The notes under the pieces were generated by a model. That model made no database searches. It was not told where the DNA came from and saw nothing but the letters and a program-made list of their open reading frames with translations. Of a stretch of DNA of 64,000 bases, positions 43,993-56,796 are shown piece after piece; position 1 is the stretch's first letter, and the number at the start of each line of letters is the position of its first letter. The stretch is taken from assembly GCA_963741205.1 (NCBI GenBank), contig CAVUHW010000015.1, positions 96,001 to 160,000 on the forward strand. The letters are read 5' to 3'. The stretch comes from Nitrospirota bacterium. GTDB taxonomy: Bacteria > Nitrospirota > UBA9217. Position numbers and translations under genes: made by a program.

Positions 43993-45747
43993 GTGCCGGG
44001 AAAAGAATTCGTGATCCATCCGGAAAGCAGCGAAGAACAGCGCAGGGCCATTTATGAGAATTCCCCGATCGGCATAGAGATCTATGACGCCGACGGGACG
44101 CTCATCGACGCGAACAGGGCCTGCTTGGAAATATTCGGCATCGATGACGTTTCGGCGGTCAAGGGGTTTCGGCTCTTCGAGGACCCGAACTTGAGCGAGG
44201 AGCACAAAAAAGCGCTCCGCGAGGGGAAGCCTGTCTCCCAGGAGGTTATTTTTGATTTTGAGGAGGTACGGAAGCACAACCTCTATCCCACTTCCAGACA
44301 GGGGACCATCTATCTCGACCTGTTCCTATCGCCTCTGTTATCACCCGACGGGAAGACAAATTCAGGCTACATCGTCCATGTCCGCGACATCACCAAGAGA
44401 AAGCTTGTCGAGGAGATGCTCCGGGAGCAAAAAATATTTGCGGAGAACGTCATCGATAATTCCGCGGTGGCCATGTTCGTGCTGGACCCGGGCCACAGAG
44501 TTGTTTTTTGGAACAAGGCGTGCGAAGAACTCAGCGGGGTCAGCGCCCATGACATGCGCGGCACCAGCAATCACTGGCGGCCGTTTTACGCAGAGCGGAG
44601 GCCGACGCTGGCGGATATCGTTATCGACAAAGAATACGGGAAACTCGGTTCGCTGTATGAGAAAAGCAGGCGGTCCGAGTTCGTTCCGGACGGCATTCAC
44701 GCCGAGGGCTGGTTCGCGGACATGAACGGAAAAGACCGGTATATCGTTTTTGACGCCGCTCCCATCTACGACAGCACACAGCGTCTGATCGTCGCGATCG
44801 AGACCCTGCAGGACATGACCGAATTCAAGCGGACCGGCGAGGACCTGGAAAAAAAGACGCGGGAGCTCAGCCGGTCGAACGCGGAGCTTGAGCGCTTTGC
44901 TTATGTCGCTTCGCACGATCTGAAGGAGCCGCTCCTGTCCATCGGCGGGTTTGCGGAAGTGTTGCAGGAAAAATACGGCGACAAGCTCGATGCCAAGGGC
45001 ATGACGTTTCTCTCCTACATCGTGGAGGGAACGGTCCGCATGAAGCACCTGATCGACGATCTCCTGTCCTACGCCCGGGTGACCACGCGGGCCAGGCCCT
45101 TCGAACCCGTAGACTGCAATGCCGTCCTGGGCGCGGTCCTTTCCAGCCTCAAGTCGGCCATCGACGAAAGCGGCGCCGTGATCACGCTTGACGAACTCCC
45201 GACTGTTACGGGAGACGAAACACAGCTCGTCCAGATCTTCCAAAACCTGATCGGCAACGCACTGAAATACCGGCGCGCCGCTCCCCCGGTCATTCACGTC
45301 TCGGCGAAGCCGGTTTCGGAACCGCCGGAGCCGGGGCATGCGGACGAAGGCAAAGAAGCTCCTGTTCGAGGATCTCGGGCCGGACTCGGAAAGGGCTGGC
45401 TTTTTGCCGTCTCCGACAACGGCATCGGCATTGCCCTGCGTGATTTCGACAAGCTCTTCCAGATATTTCAGCGCCTCCATTCCGACGAAGGAGAATATCC
45501 CGGCACGGGCATCGGCCTCGCGATATGTTCCAAAATCGCGGAGCGGCACGGCGGCAGCATCTGGGTCGAGTCCGAGCCCGGCAAGGGCTCGACGTTCTTT
45601 TTTACAATCCGGGGCATGAAGGCCGCGTCGAGCTTCTCTTTACTGCCCAAACCGGTTTTCCGCTTCAATCCCATTAACCGTAGACGCAAAAATCGACGCA
45701 GTCACCTGAAAGCCCTGCCATCCCTTGGCGTTTACCTACCATTATAA
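43993..45747 (+). CDS. Cytoplasmic PAS-PAS histidine kinase (true stop may be near 45619)
   Basis: Two PAS domains; ASHDLKEP H-box; NLIGNALKY; DNGIGI; GTGIGL; GKGSTF. Confidence 0.92.
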   Translation: MPGKEFVIHPESSEEQRRAIYENSPIGIEIYDADGTLIDANRACLEIFGIDDVSAVKGFRLFEDPNLSEEHKKALREGKPVSQEVIFDFEEVRKHNLYPTSRQGTIYLDLFLSPLLSPDGKTNSGYIVHVRDITKRKLVEEMLREQKIFAENVIDNSAVAMFVLDPGHRVVFWNKACEELSGVSAHDMRGTSNHWRPFYAERRPTLADIVIDKEYGKLGSLYEKSRRSEFVPDGIHAEGWFADMNGKDRYIVFDAAPIYDSTQRLIVAIETLQDMTEFKRTGEDLEKKTRELSRSNAELERFAYVASHDLKEPLLSIGGFAEVLQEKYGDKLDAKGMTFLSYIVEGTVRMKHLIDDLLSYARVTTRARPFEPVDCNAVLGAVLSSLKSAIDESGAVITLDELPTVTGDETQLVQIFQNLIGNALKYRRAAPPVIHVSAKPVSEPPEPGHADEGKEAPVRGSRAGLGKGWLFAVSDNGIGIALRDFDKLFQIFQRLHSDEGEYPGTGIGLAICSKIAERHGGSIWVESEPGKGSTFFFTIRGMKAASSFSLLPKPVFRFNPINRRRKNRRSHLKALPSLGVYLPL

Positions 45748-45928
45748 TGATCTCGCAGCTTCCTAATCCTGTTGATCTGTTCGTAAGACCCTTGAGCCTT
45801 GCAAATCCCATAAACTTGTGATAGTGTAGCGCCTCGTTCCTGAAGCAAGGGCTCTGGATACCTGCCCTCCCGTTTGTACGGGGGCAAGTTTATCCGTGCG
45901 GAAGCGGGGGCAGGAATGACGAACAAAT

Positions 45929-46531
45929 ATGGAAATCGTTCTCGCCACGCGGAATAAAAAAAAGATCGAAGAGATCAAGCGGATCACTGCCGGCCTGCCG
46001 ATCACCATTCTCTCGCTTGATAATTTTCCTGACTGCCCCGAGACCGTGGAGGACAAGGACACCTTCGAAGGGAATGCGGTGAAGAAAGCGGTCGAGGTCT
46101 GCCGATGCACGGGCAAGCCTGCTCTTGCCGACGACTCGGGACTCGAAGTGGATGCGCTGGGCGGGGCGCCCGGGGTGTACTCCGCGCGGTATGCGGGCGG
46201 GACAAGCGGCGGGAACGACGTCCGCAATTATGAAAAACTTCTTGCCGAACTTGACAGCGTCTCCGACGAAAAACGCGGGGCTCAGTTCGTTTGCTGCATG
46301 GCTTTGGCTTTTCCGGACGGATCGATAAAGACATTTTTCGGGTATTCAGAAGGCAGCATTTCCCGTGCGCCCAAGGGGAATTCGGGGTTTGGATACGACC
46401 CGGTATTCATTCCAAAGGGCTACAAAAGGACCTTTGCGGAGATGGCCGGAGAAGAGAAAGATAAGCTCAGCCATAGGGGTAAAGCTCTTGAAAAACTAGC
46501 TGAATTCTTTCATTCTAAACTGCATTTATAA
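45929..46531 (+). CDS. rdgB: Non-canonical purine NTP pyrophosphatase
   Basis: [33 protein letters not shown]. Confidence 0.96.
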   Translation: MEIVLATRNKKKIEEIKRITAGLPITILSLDNFPDCPETVEDKDTFEGNAVKKAVEVCRCTGKPALADDSGLEVDALGGAPGVYSARYAGGTSGGNDVRNYEKLLAELDSVSDEKRGAQFVCCMALAFPDGSIKTFFGYSEGSISRAPKGNSGFGYDPVFIPKGYKRTFAEMAGEEKDKLSHRGKALEKLAEFFHSKLHL

Positions 46532-46555
46532 ACAAAACTAATATTCAAATTATAA

Positions 46556-46606
46556 TTTTTAACTTGAAAAATAACTCGTTTTCAACCATTATAGGCCGGT
46601 TAAAAA
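46556..46606 (+). promoter_or_regulatory. Promoter and palindrome upstream of adk-sat-apr-qmo
   Basis: TTGAAAA-N8-TTTTCAA (46564-46585) covers -35 TTGAAA; CATTAT lies 17 bp downstream. Confidence 0.55.
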
Positions 46607-46678
46607 CTTGAGAAGGGTTTCTTTCGCCTTTCACGTTCTCTTCTGGAAAAAATCTCAAATCTACGGAGGGCAGTCCCC

Positions 46679-47326
46679 ATGGCCAAGAGAGTAGTATTGC
46701 TCGGAGCTCCCGGCGCCGGCAAAGGCACGCAGGCGAAGATGCTGATTGAGAAGTACAAGATCCCCCAGATCTCCACGGGAGACATCCTCCGCAAGGCCGT
46801 GGCCGACGGCACGCCGCTCGGCAAGGAAGCGAAGGTGATCATGGACTCGGGCGGGCTCGTGTCCGACAAGATCGTGCTCGGCCTCGTGGAAGAGCGCATC
46901 AAACAGCCCGACTGCAAGGCCGGATTCATCCTCGACGGGTTCCCGCGCAACACGGCCCAGGCCGAGGCCCTCGACAAGATCCTCTCGGGCATGGGCATGC
47001 CTCTTACCATCGCCCTCAATATCGACGTGGACATGAACGACCTCCTCAAGCGCCTCACCGGCCGAAGGACCTGCAAAGGCTGCCAGCAGATGTACAACAT
47101 CTATTTCTCGGCCCCGAAGAAGGAAGGCGTCTGCGACAAGTGCGGCGGAGCGCTCTTCCAGCGCGACGACGACAAGGAAGCGACCATCAAGAAGCGGCTC
47201 GACGTATACACGCAGCAGACCGCGCCGCTCATCGACTACTATTCCAAAAAGAACATCATGAAGACCGTCATGGGCGTGGGCAGCATCAGCGACATCTTCA
47301 ACAAGGTGACCGCCGTCCTGGGGTAA
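46679..47326 (+). CDS. adk: Adenylate kinase (Zn-LID type)
   Basis: GAPGAGKGTQ, STGDILR, LDGFPR, CKGC...CDKC, RDDD. Confidence 0.97.
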   Translation: MAKRVVLLGAPGAGKGTQAKMLIEKYKIPQISTGDILRKAVADGTPLGKEAKVIMDSGGLVSDKIVLGLVEERIKQPDCKAGFILDGFPRNTAQAEALDKILSGMGMPLTIALNIDVDMNDLLKRLTGRRTCKGCQQMYNIYFSAPKKEGVCDKCGGALFQRDDDKEATIKKRLDVYTQQTAPLIDYYSKKNIMKTVMGVGSISDIFNKVTAVLG

Positions 47327-47395
47327 AGGACCATCGATAGGTCCTCGACGGTGGACCTATTTAGTAATTTAAATTCTTTTAAGGAGGAAACAACT

Positions 47396-48639
47396 ATGGC
47401 ACTGGTAAAGCCTCACGGTAAAAAGAAGAAGCTCATGCCGCTTCTTCTGGCAGGAACGGCCCTGCAGAAAGAGCTCAAGAAGGCCAAGACCCTGAAGCAG
47501 CTCAAGATCTCCTCGCGCGAGACCGCAGACCTCGTGATGATGGGCATCGGCGCGTTCACCCCGCTCACCGGCTTCATGACGAAGAAGGACTGGAAGGGCG
47601 TGTGCGACAAGTACAAGATGGCGGACGGCACGTTCTGGCCGGTCCCGGTGACGCTCTCGGCGACCCCGGAGTTCGCCGAATTCGCTCAAGAAGAACGAAG
47701 AGATCACCCTCGTGGACGAAGAATCGGGCACGATCATGGCCACCATGAAGGTGGCCGAGAAGTACGCCATGTCCAAGTCCGACAAGGAGCACGAGTGCAA
47801 GCAGATCTTCCGGACAGTCGATGTTGCAGGTCACCCGGGCGTGCAGAAGGTCATGGGCCAGCCTGATTTCAACCTGGCCGGTCCGGTGAAGGTCCTCTCC
47901 GAGGCCCACTTCCCCGAGACCTTCAAGGGCATCTACATGACCCCGGTCCAGACCCGCAAGATGTTCGAGGAGAAGGGCTGGAGCACGATCGCGGCGTTCC
48001 AGACCCGGAACCCCATGCACCGCTCGCATGAGTACCTTGCCAAGATCGCCATCGAGACCATGGACGGCGTGCTGATCCACCAGATCCTGGGCAAGCTCAA
48101 AGAAGGCGATATCCCGGCCGATGTCCGCGCCGATGCCATCAACACCCTCATGGAGAAGTACTTCGTGAAGGACTCCGCCATCCAGTGCGGCTATCCCATG
48201 GAAATGCGCTATGCCGGGCCGCGCGAGGCGCTGCTCCATGCGCTCTTCCGGCAGAACTTCGGCTGCAGCCACCTGATCGTCGGCCGCGACCATGCCGGCG
48301 TGGGCGACTACTACGGCCCGTTCGATGCCCAGAAGATCTTCGACGATATCCCGAAGGGCGCGCTCGAGACCCAGCCCCTGAAGATCGACCATACGTTCTA
48401 CTGCTTCAAGTGCGACGGCATGGCCTCCATGAGGACCTGCCCCCACAGCAAGGAAGACCGGCTCATGCTGTCCGGCACCAAGCTCCGGAAGATGCTCTCC
48501 GAGGGCGAGAACGTGCCCGATCATTTCAGCCGCCCCGAAGTGCTCGAGATCCTCAAGAAATACTATGCCGGCCTCACCGAGAAGGTGGAGATCAAGCTGC
48601 ACGCCCACGCCGAGGGCACGCATACGGAGAAGAAGGTAA
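47396..48639 (+). CDS. sat: Sulfate adenylyltransferase (frameshifted; end approximate)
   Basis: [50 protein letters not shown]. Confidence 0.96.
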
Positions 48640-48702
48640 CGCACGGCACAACGACTGCAAGATGCAGTTTACTACATTCTATAGATAGGAGGTTACAGAA
48701 AC

Positions 48703-49134
48703 ATGCCGAGTTATGTGATTACAGAGAAGTGTGACGGCTGCAAGGCGCAAGATAAGACTGCTTGCCAGTATATCTGCCCGAACGACCTCATGACCCTGAA
48801 CAGGGATCTCATGAAGGCCTTCAACCAGGAGCCGGAGCAGTGCTGGGAGTGCTACAACTGCGTGAAGATCTGCCCGCAGCAGGCGATCGAGGTCCGGGCC
48901 TACCAGGATTTCGCCCCCCTGGGCGCGAACGTGATCCCGATGAGGGGCACGGACTCCATCATGTGGACCATCAAGTTCCGGAACGGGATCCTCAAGCGGT
49001 TCAAGTTCCCGATCAGGACCACTGCCGAAGGCTCGGTCGATCCCTACAAGGGCAAGCCTGAAGCGGATTTTGCGAAAATCAAACAGCCGGGCTTCTTCAC
49101 TACGTCGAAGCCGATGCCGGTAATCAAGAAATAA
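48703..49134 (+). CDS. aprB: APS reductase beta subunit
   Basis: [37 protein letters not shown]. Confidence 0.97.
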   Translation: MPSYVITEKCDGCKAQDKTACQYICPNDLMTLNRDLMKAFNQEPEQCWECYNCVKICPQQAIEVRAYQDFAPLGANVIPMRGTDSIMWTIKFRNGILKRFKFPIRTTAEGSVDPYKGKPEADFAKIKQPGFFTTSKPMPVIKK

Positions 49135-49147
49135 GGAGGAACTACAA

Positions 49148-51192
49148 ATGGAAAAAGAAACCTGTACGTTTTCGTTCTGCAAGAAGCCGGCGATCGAAGA
49201 CGGTCGAGACCGATCTCCTCCTCATCGGCGGCGGTATGGCGTGCTGCGGCGCGGCGTTCGAAGGCGCCCGCTGGGCAAACCCCAAGAAGATGAAAATCAC
49301 CATGGTGGACAAGGCCGCGACCGACCGGTCCGGCGCCGTTGCCATGGGTCTGTCGGCCATCAACACCTACATGGGTGAGAACGATCCGGCGGACTATGTA
49401 AAGATGGTACGGAACGACCTCATGGGCATCATCCGCGAAGACCTGGTCTATGACCTCGGCCGTCACGTTGATGATTCCGTGCAGCTCTTCGAGGAGTGGG
49501 GACTTCCGATCTGGAAAATGGGCGACGACGGCTTCTCCCTCGACGGCTTCCAGGCAAAGGAAGCAGGCAAGGCCATGCTGAAGGACGGCGGCAAGCCGGT
49601 CCGCTCCGGCAAGTGGCAGATCATGATCAACGGCGAGTCCTACAAGGTCATCGTTGCCGAAGCCGCGAAGAAGGCCCTCGAGACCAACAGGGCGGCGACG
49701 GGCGTAAAGCAGAACCACTACGAGCGCGTGTTCATCGTGAAGCTCTACAATGATGCAAAGGAGCCGAATCGCGTTGCAGCAGCGGCCGGCTTCAGCGTTC
49801 GTGAGAACAAGATCTACATATTCAAGGCAAAGGCCATGGTCCTGGCAGCCGGCGGCGCGGTGAACGTGTTCCGTCCCCGGTCGACCCAGGAAGGCCAGGG
49901 CCGCGCCTGGTACCCGGTATGGAACTCCGGTTCCGGCTACGCTCTCGGCCTCCAGGCCGGCGCAGAGCTCACCATGATGGAAAACCGCTTCGTGCCCGCC
50001 CGCTTCAAGGACGGCTACGGACCGGTGGGCGCCTGGTTCCTGTTCTTCAAGGCCAAGGCGACCAACAGCCTCGGCGAAGACTATTGCGCCAAGCCCGAAG
50101 CCCTGGCGGAAGCCAAGGCGAAGTACGGCAAGTATGTCGACAACCTCGGCACGGCCATCCGCAACCACCTCATGATGCGCGACATGAAGCTCGGCAAAGG
50201 CCCGATCCTCATGAGGACCGATGAGGCAATGGCAGCGATCAACAAGAACTTCAAGGAAAAGCTCGGCGACAAAGAGGGCGCCAAGAAGGTGAAGCACCTC
50301 GAGGCAGAGGCATGGGAAGACTTCCTCGATATGGCCATCGGCCAGGCCGGCCTCTGGGCCGCGCAAGAACGTCGAGCCGGACAAGGTTCCGTCCGAAATC
50401 ATGCCGACCGAGCCTTATCTCCTCGGCTCGCATGCGGGCTGCGCAGGCTTCTGGTGCTGCGGTCCCGATGATCTCGGCGCGCCGGAAGAATGGAACAAGA
50501 AGTGGCCGGCCGGCAACTACAACCGCCAGTCGACCGTGAAGGGCCTCTTTATGTGCGGCGACATCTGCGGCGCTTCGGGCCACAAGTTCTCCTCGGGTTC
50601 GCACGCGGAAGGCCGTATCGCGGCGAAGAACGCGATCTGCGTTCATCCTCGACAACCCGAACTACACGCCGACCATCAAGGAGACGGAGGACCACCTGGC
50701 GGCCGAGCTCTATCTGCCGTTCGAGGTCTACGAGAAGCACAAGACCTACACCACGGATCCACGAACACCAACCCGAACTACATCAAGCCGAAGATGCTCC
50801 AGACCCGTCTGCAGAAGATCTCCGACGAGTACTTTGGCGGCATCGGGACCTGGTACATGACCTCCAAGACCATGCTGGATGCAGGCCTCCAGAAGCTCCA
50901 GGTGCTGAAGGAAGACACCTCCAAGATGGCCGCAAGCAACCTGCACGAACTGATGCGCTGCTGGGAGAACTACCACCGCATCCTCTCCGTGGAAGCCCAT
51001 GCCCGCCACATCCTGTTCCGGGAAGAGTCGCGGTATCCCGGCTACTACTATCGCGGCGACTTCGACAAGATGGACGACACCAACTGGAAGTGCTTCGTCA
51101 ACTCCAAGTACGACCTCGAGAAGGACACTTGGGAAGTCAAGAAGGTCCCCTACGTACAGCTGGTTGAGGATGCAGCTCCTGTAAAACATTAA
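49148..51192 (+). CDS. aprA: APS reductase alpha subunit (frameshifted)
   Basis: RSGAVAMGLSAINTY, WQIMINGESYK, GRAWYPVW, RFKDGYGPVGAWF, HKFSSGSHAEG, REESRYPG. Confidence 0.97.
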
Positions 51193-51203
51193 GAACATTC
51201 ACA

Positions 51204-51233
51204 ACTCCGGGGAGGGCATTGCCCTTCCCGGAG
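51204..51233 (+). terminator. Hairpin after aprA
   Basis: CTCCGGGGAGGGCA/TGCCCTTCCCGGAG followed by ATTTT. Confidence 0.65.
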
Positions 51234-51239
51234 ATTTTA

Positions 51240-51349
51240 TTGAAAATTGAAAATTGGAAATTTCAAATTGAAATCGAGGGAAAAGGATCTACCGTTCTTT
51301 TCTTCAAATTTAAAATTTCCAATCTTCAATTTCCAATCTCCAACTTTCA
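51240..51349. repeat. Inverted heptamer repeat (TTGAAAA-like / TTTCCAA-like)
   Basis: TTGAAAATTGAAAATTGGAAATTTCAAATTGAAA...TTTCCAATCTTCAATTTCCAATCTCCAA. Confidence 0.75.
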
Positions 51350-51382
51350 CGGTTATACTGCCTTAAGGAGGAATAGGATATC

Positions 51383-52634
51383 ATGGCGGAAAATAAGGTG
51401 TTGGTTGTCGGCGGGGGCTTTTCCGGCCTCACGGCGGCGGTAGAAGCCGCGGAGGCGGGTTCCGATGTGATCATCGTGGAAAAGAACGCCTATCTCGGCG
51501 GCCGGGTGACGCAGCTGAACAAGTACTTCTGGAAACTCTGCCCGCCGAACTGCGGCCTCGAGATCCAGTACAAGCGCATCAAGAACAACGGCCAGGTCAA
51601 GATCTATACCCTGGCCGAGGTGGAGAAGATCTCCGGCACCGAGGGCAACTTCGACGTGACCATCAAGATACAGCCCCGGTTCGTGAACGAAAAGTGCACG
51701 GGCTGCAACAAGTGCGCGGAGGCCTGCGAGATCGAGCGGCCGAACGACTTCGATTTCGGCATGAGCAAGACCAAGGCCGCCTACCTCCCTCACAACCAGG
51801 CCTTCCCGCTCCAGTACGTCATCGACAGCAAGGTCTGCAAGGGCGCGGCCTGCGCCAAGTGCGCCGAGGCCTGCAAGTACGACGCGATCCACCTCGACAT
51901 GAAGCCCGAGACCGTGAACGTGAAGGTCGGCGCCGTGGTCATGGCCACGGGCTGGAACCCCTACGATGCGACGAAGATGGACAACCTCGGGTTCGGCAAG
52001 GTCCAGAACGTGATCACGAACATGATGATGGAGCGGCTGGCCGCACCCAACGGCCCCACGGCCGGGCAAGGTCGTGCGTCCCTCGGACGGCAAAGAAGTG
52101 AAGAACATCGCCTTCGTGCAGTGCGCGGGCTCCCGCGACGAGAACCATCTGGCCCATTGCTCCTATATCTGCTGCCTGGCGTCCATCAAGCAGGCGACCT
52201 ATGTTCGCGAGCTCTATCCCGATTCCAAGGCAAAGATCTTCTATATCGACATGCGGACCCCCGGTCTCTACGAGAACCGGTTCTATACCAAGATCAAGGA
52301 AGACCAGAACGTGTCCTTCCTCAAGGGCAAGGTAGCCAAGATCGAGCAGGCGGAGAACGGCGACGTGAAGGTCACCGCCGAGGACATCCACGGCGGCGGC
52401 AAGGTCACCGAGACCTTCGACATGGTCGTCCTGGCAACGGGCATGCAGCCCTCGACAGAGTCCCTCAAGGGTGCGGGAATTACACCGACCGACGACGGGT
52501 TTGTGGACCAGGCAACGCTGCCCGCGGGCATCTATGCGACCGGGACGCTCAAGACCCCCGTTGACGTGGCGCGGTCCGCGCAGGATGCCACCGGCGTGGT
52601 CATGAAGAGCATCCAGAGCTTGAGGAGGAAATAA
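51383..52634 (+). CDS. qmoA: QmoA (HdrA-like flavoprotein; one frameshift)
   Basis: VVGGGFSG, KLCPPNCG, ferredoxin Cys motifs, FVQCAGSRD, CSYICC; follows aprA. Confidence 0.92.
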
Positions 52635-52636
52635 GG

Positions 52637-54874
52637 ATGGAGAAGAAATTCGGCGTATATATCTGCAAGGGATGCGGCATCAAGGACGCGATGGACGTTG
52701 AGAAGGTCGCCGGCGCGGCCAAGAAGGTCCAGAACTACAAGTTCCACGACGTCCTGTGCAGCCCCGAGGGCGTTCAGCTGATAAAAGACGATATGGCGAA
52801 GGAAGGCGTGAATACGATCATCATCGCCGCCTGCTCTCCCCGCGTCAAATATCGAAGAATTCGATTTTCCCGGCGCCATCGTCGAGCGCGTCAACATCCG
52901 CGAGTTCGTGGCCTGGACCATGGAGCCGAACACGGACGCGACGAACGATGCGGCCTACGATTACCTTACCATGGGCATCGTGAAAACCCAGAAAGGCGAC
53001 CTGCCGGAGCCGAACATCCTCCCGGACCTGAACAACACGATCCTGGTGATCGGCGGCGGCATCGCCGGCATGACCGCCGCGCTCTCGGCCGCCGGGGCGG
53101 GCGAGAAGGTCGTTCTCGTCGAGAAGGACGCCCAGCTCGGCGGCTTCGTGAACAAGCTCTACAAGAAGATCCCGACCGGTTCCTACTTCAATAAGCCGCT
53201 CATCGTGGACACCGACATCGACAAGACCGTGGCCGAGGTCGAGACCAACCCGAACATCAAGGTCTACAAGTCAACGACCGTGACAAAGACCGACGGTCAG
53301 CCCGGCCTCTACGACGTGACGCTCTCGAACGGCGAGACCATGAAGATCGGGGCCATCGTCATGGCCTCTGGCTGGAAGCCCTACGACGCGACCAAGCTCG
53401 ATTACCTGGGCTACGGCAAGTTCAAGAACGTCGTCACGAACCTCGAGCTCGAGGAGATCGCCAGGAAGAACAACGGGAAGCTCCTTCGTCCCTCGGACGG
53501 AAAGCCGGCCCTCAAGGTCGCCTTTATCCAGTGCGCGGGCCAGCGCGATCCGAACCATCTTCCCTACTGCTCGTCCATGTGCTGCGCCACGTCGCTCAAG
53601 CAGGCCCAGTATGTCCGGCAGAACGAGGACGCCCTTGCCATGATCTTCTACAAGGACATCAGGACGCCGGGCAGGACCGAGCTTTATTACAAAGAGGCCC
53701 AGAACAATCCCGGCGTGATGCTCACCAAGGCGGACGTGACCGGCGTGTCCGACGCGGGGAACGGCAACATGTTCGTTGAGATGGAGAACACCCTTTTCGG
53801 CCTGAAGACCGGCGAGAAGGTCAAGGTGGAGGCGGACCTCGTGGTCCTTGCCACGGGCATGGTCCCGACCACGCGCTGGCCCCAGGAATACGCTGACGGC
53901 CTGACCAAGGCGGCGGGTCGGCGGCGACGAAGCCAAAAAGAATTACCTCGAGCAGACGCCCAAGCCGGATTACATCCTGAACCTCGGCTATCGCCAGGGA
54001 CCGGAAATCCCGACCCTCGAAGGGGCGTCAGGTTTCGCCGACTCGAACTTCATCTGCTTCCAGTATGAGACGCGCCGGACCGGCATCTACGCCGCAGGCG
54101 GCGTGCACCAGCCCATGAACATGGCCGAGGCGCAGGAGGACGGGGCCGGCGCGGCGTTCAAGGCCATCCAGGCCATGGACCACGTGGCGCGCGGCGTCGC
54201 GGTCCATCCCCGCGCCTGGGACGTCACGTTCCCCGATCCGATGCTCATCAAATGCACGGCCTGCAAGCGCTGCACGGAAGAGTGCCCCTTCGGCGCCATC
54301 GACGAGGACGAGAAGGGCATCCCCAAGTACAACCTCAACCGGTGCCGCCGGTGCGGCACCTGCATGGGCGCCTGCCCCGAGCGCATCGTGTCCTTCAAGG
54401 ACTACAGCGTGGACATCGTCGGCTCCATGCTCAAGTCGATCGAATACTCCGATGATGAGGACAAGTCCGACGATCATCTGCCTCGTCTGCGAGAACGACT
54501 CCTACCCGGCGCTCGACACGGCGGCCATTGCCGGAAAGAAGATCGATCCGGCATTCCGGTTCATTTCCATGCGCTGCCTGGGCGGCATGAACCTAGTGTG
54601 GGTTGCCGACGCGCTGTCCAAGGGCGCCGACGGCATGCTGCTTCTCGGCTGCAAGTTCGGCGAGAACTATCAGTGCCACTTCGTCAAGGGCAGCGAACTT
54701 GCGAACACCCGCTTCAGCAAGGTCAGCGAGACCTTGAACCGGCTCCAGCTCGAATCCGAGCGCGTCCAGCTGATGCAGATCGCCATCAACGAGTACGATA
54801 AACTGCCGGACATGCTCAATGAGTTTGCTGCCAGGATCAAAGAGATCGGACCGAATCCGTTCAGGACCATGTAA
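52637..54874 (+). CDS. qmoB: QmoB (HdrA-like plus MvhD domain; frameshifted)
   Basis: GVYICKGC, VIGGGIAG, QCAGQRD, CTACKRCTEECP, CENDSYPALD, RCLG, GCKFG..YQCHF. Confidence 0.92.
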
Positions 54875-54950
54875 ACAGAATGCGGATTGCGGAGTGCGGA
54901 ATTAGAAGAAATAAAATCACTCCTAACACTGTAATTGGAGGATGAGATAT

Positions 54951-56131
54951 ATGTCAGAAGCAACGGTTATCAAACCTGACTTGCAGTTCGTGAACGAGAT
55001 CATCAAGGGCGGCGGCGAGTCGCTGAAGAAGTGCTACCAGTGCGCCACCTGCTCGGTGGTCTGCAACGTGACCCCCGAGGGGAACCCCTTCCCGCGCAAG
55101 GAGATGGTCCTCGCCCAGTGGGGCCAGAAGGACAAGCTCATCACGAGCGCCGACGTGTGGCTCTGCCACCAGTGCAGCGACTGCACGGCCTACTGCCCGC
55201 GCGGCGCCAAGCCCGGCGAAGTGCTGAACGCCATCAGGAAGCAGAGCATCAAGCACGTGGCGATGATGCCCTTCTTCGCGAAGATCGCGACCGGACGCGA
55301 AGCTCCTGCCGATCCTCTTCGCCATCCCCATGGCGCTTTTCTACGTCATCCTGATGGTGCTCGGGAACTACGGACATTACGAACATCCCAAGGGCGGAAG
55401 GCGGCATCATGGCCTACCACAAGTTCGTTCCCGTGCCGGTGATCGACACTGTGTTCATCCTGACGGCGATCTTCGCCGCCGTGTCGGCCTTCGTGGGGAT
55501 CAAGCGCCTCTGGAACGGCATGAAGGCCCAGGCTGGCCTCGATGCCGTCCAGCGGCAGTCTCGTCGGGAGACATCATCGCCTCCGTCACCCAGATCCTGG
55601 CCCATTCGAAGTTCGCCGACTGCAACGTGAACCGGACGCGTCAGTGGGGCCACATGCTCCTCTTCTACGCCTTTGCCGGGCTTGCGGTCGTCACGACCTG
55701 GGCGATCATCTACCTCTATGGCTTTGAACTCCTCGGCATTCAGCCGTTCGGGCCCTTCCATTTCGGAGAATCGCCGTACCCGAACAGCGATCCCGTGAAG
55801 ATCCTTGCCCTCGCGAGTTCCATCGCCTTCGCCGCCGGCGTCGTGATCCTCCTCATGAACCGGTTTGCCCAGGCCGGAAAGGCGGGCATGGGTTCCTATT
55901 TCGACTGGATCTTCCTCACGATCGTGATCGGCGTCGGCGCAACGGGCATGCTCGCCTGGGCGCTCCGGCTGGCCGACATGAACGCCGGCTACCTGGTGTA
56001 CTATTTCCACCTGGTGTTCATCTGGTCGCTTGTTCGCCTATGCGCCGTACTCGAAGTTCGCGCACCTGTTCTACCGCACGACCGCGATGGTGTTCGCGAA
56101 ACGCAGGTACCGGCAGCGAGTAGCGCGATGA
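54951..56131 (+). CDS. qmoC: QmoC (HdrC-like Fe-S domain plus heme-b membrane domain; frameshifted)
   Basis: CYQCATCSVVC, FPRKEM, CHQCSDCTAYCPRGAKPG, TM helices with His, PYSKFAH. Confidence 0.92.
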
Positions 56132-56180
56132 AGAAGCTAAAAGACCTCGCTTTCGCACCATTATTTACGGAGTCGAAGCC

Positions 56181-56628
56181 ATGAAAGTCAAAGAACTGTT
56201 AAGCATCAAGGGAATTGAGTGCTTCAGCATCACGAGCGACCAGTCGCTGCTCGACGCGGCAAAGCAGATGACGGAGTGCAACATCGGCGCGCTCCTGGTC
56301 ATGGACCGGGGATCTCTCGTCGGCATCATCACCGAGCGCGACATCGTCAAGAACACCGCGAATGAAGCGACGCAGTGCAGGGACGTGAAGATCAAGGACG
56401 TCATGAGCACGAACCTGCTGGTGGTCAAGCCCGGCGACGACCTCGATTACGTCATGGCCATCATGATCCAGAACAACATCCGCCATACGCCGGTCATCGA
56501 GGAGAGCGGGCTGGTCGGGCCTTCTTTCCATGCGGGATGTGGTCCGGGTGCTGGTAAAGAACCTGAAGGCCGAAAACCATTACCTGAAAGACATGATCGG
56601 CGGCAAGTTCGGCGAAGTGGGCGATTAA
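56181..56628 (+). CDS. CBS-pair protein (late frameshift)
   Basis: IGALLV..LVGIITERD, MIQNNIRHTPV. Confidence 0.9.
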
Positions 56629-56796
56629 GGACGCGGCGTTTCTAAAACGTTCACGGAGGGAGGGATGCCGGGAGGAAGGACGACAGGCTGTCATGTAGCA
56701 GTGCCTGCCTCATCGCGTTCAAGCGATGACCGGGAATCATTAAATCTGAGAGACGTTATTTTCTTATAGAATCTTAATTTAAAAGGAGGAGCAATA

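Noticed and set aside
48703-56131. Selenocysteine recoding in apr/qmo
   Set aside because: The breaks are frame changes; I found no in-frame TGA at a Cys position.
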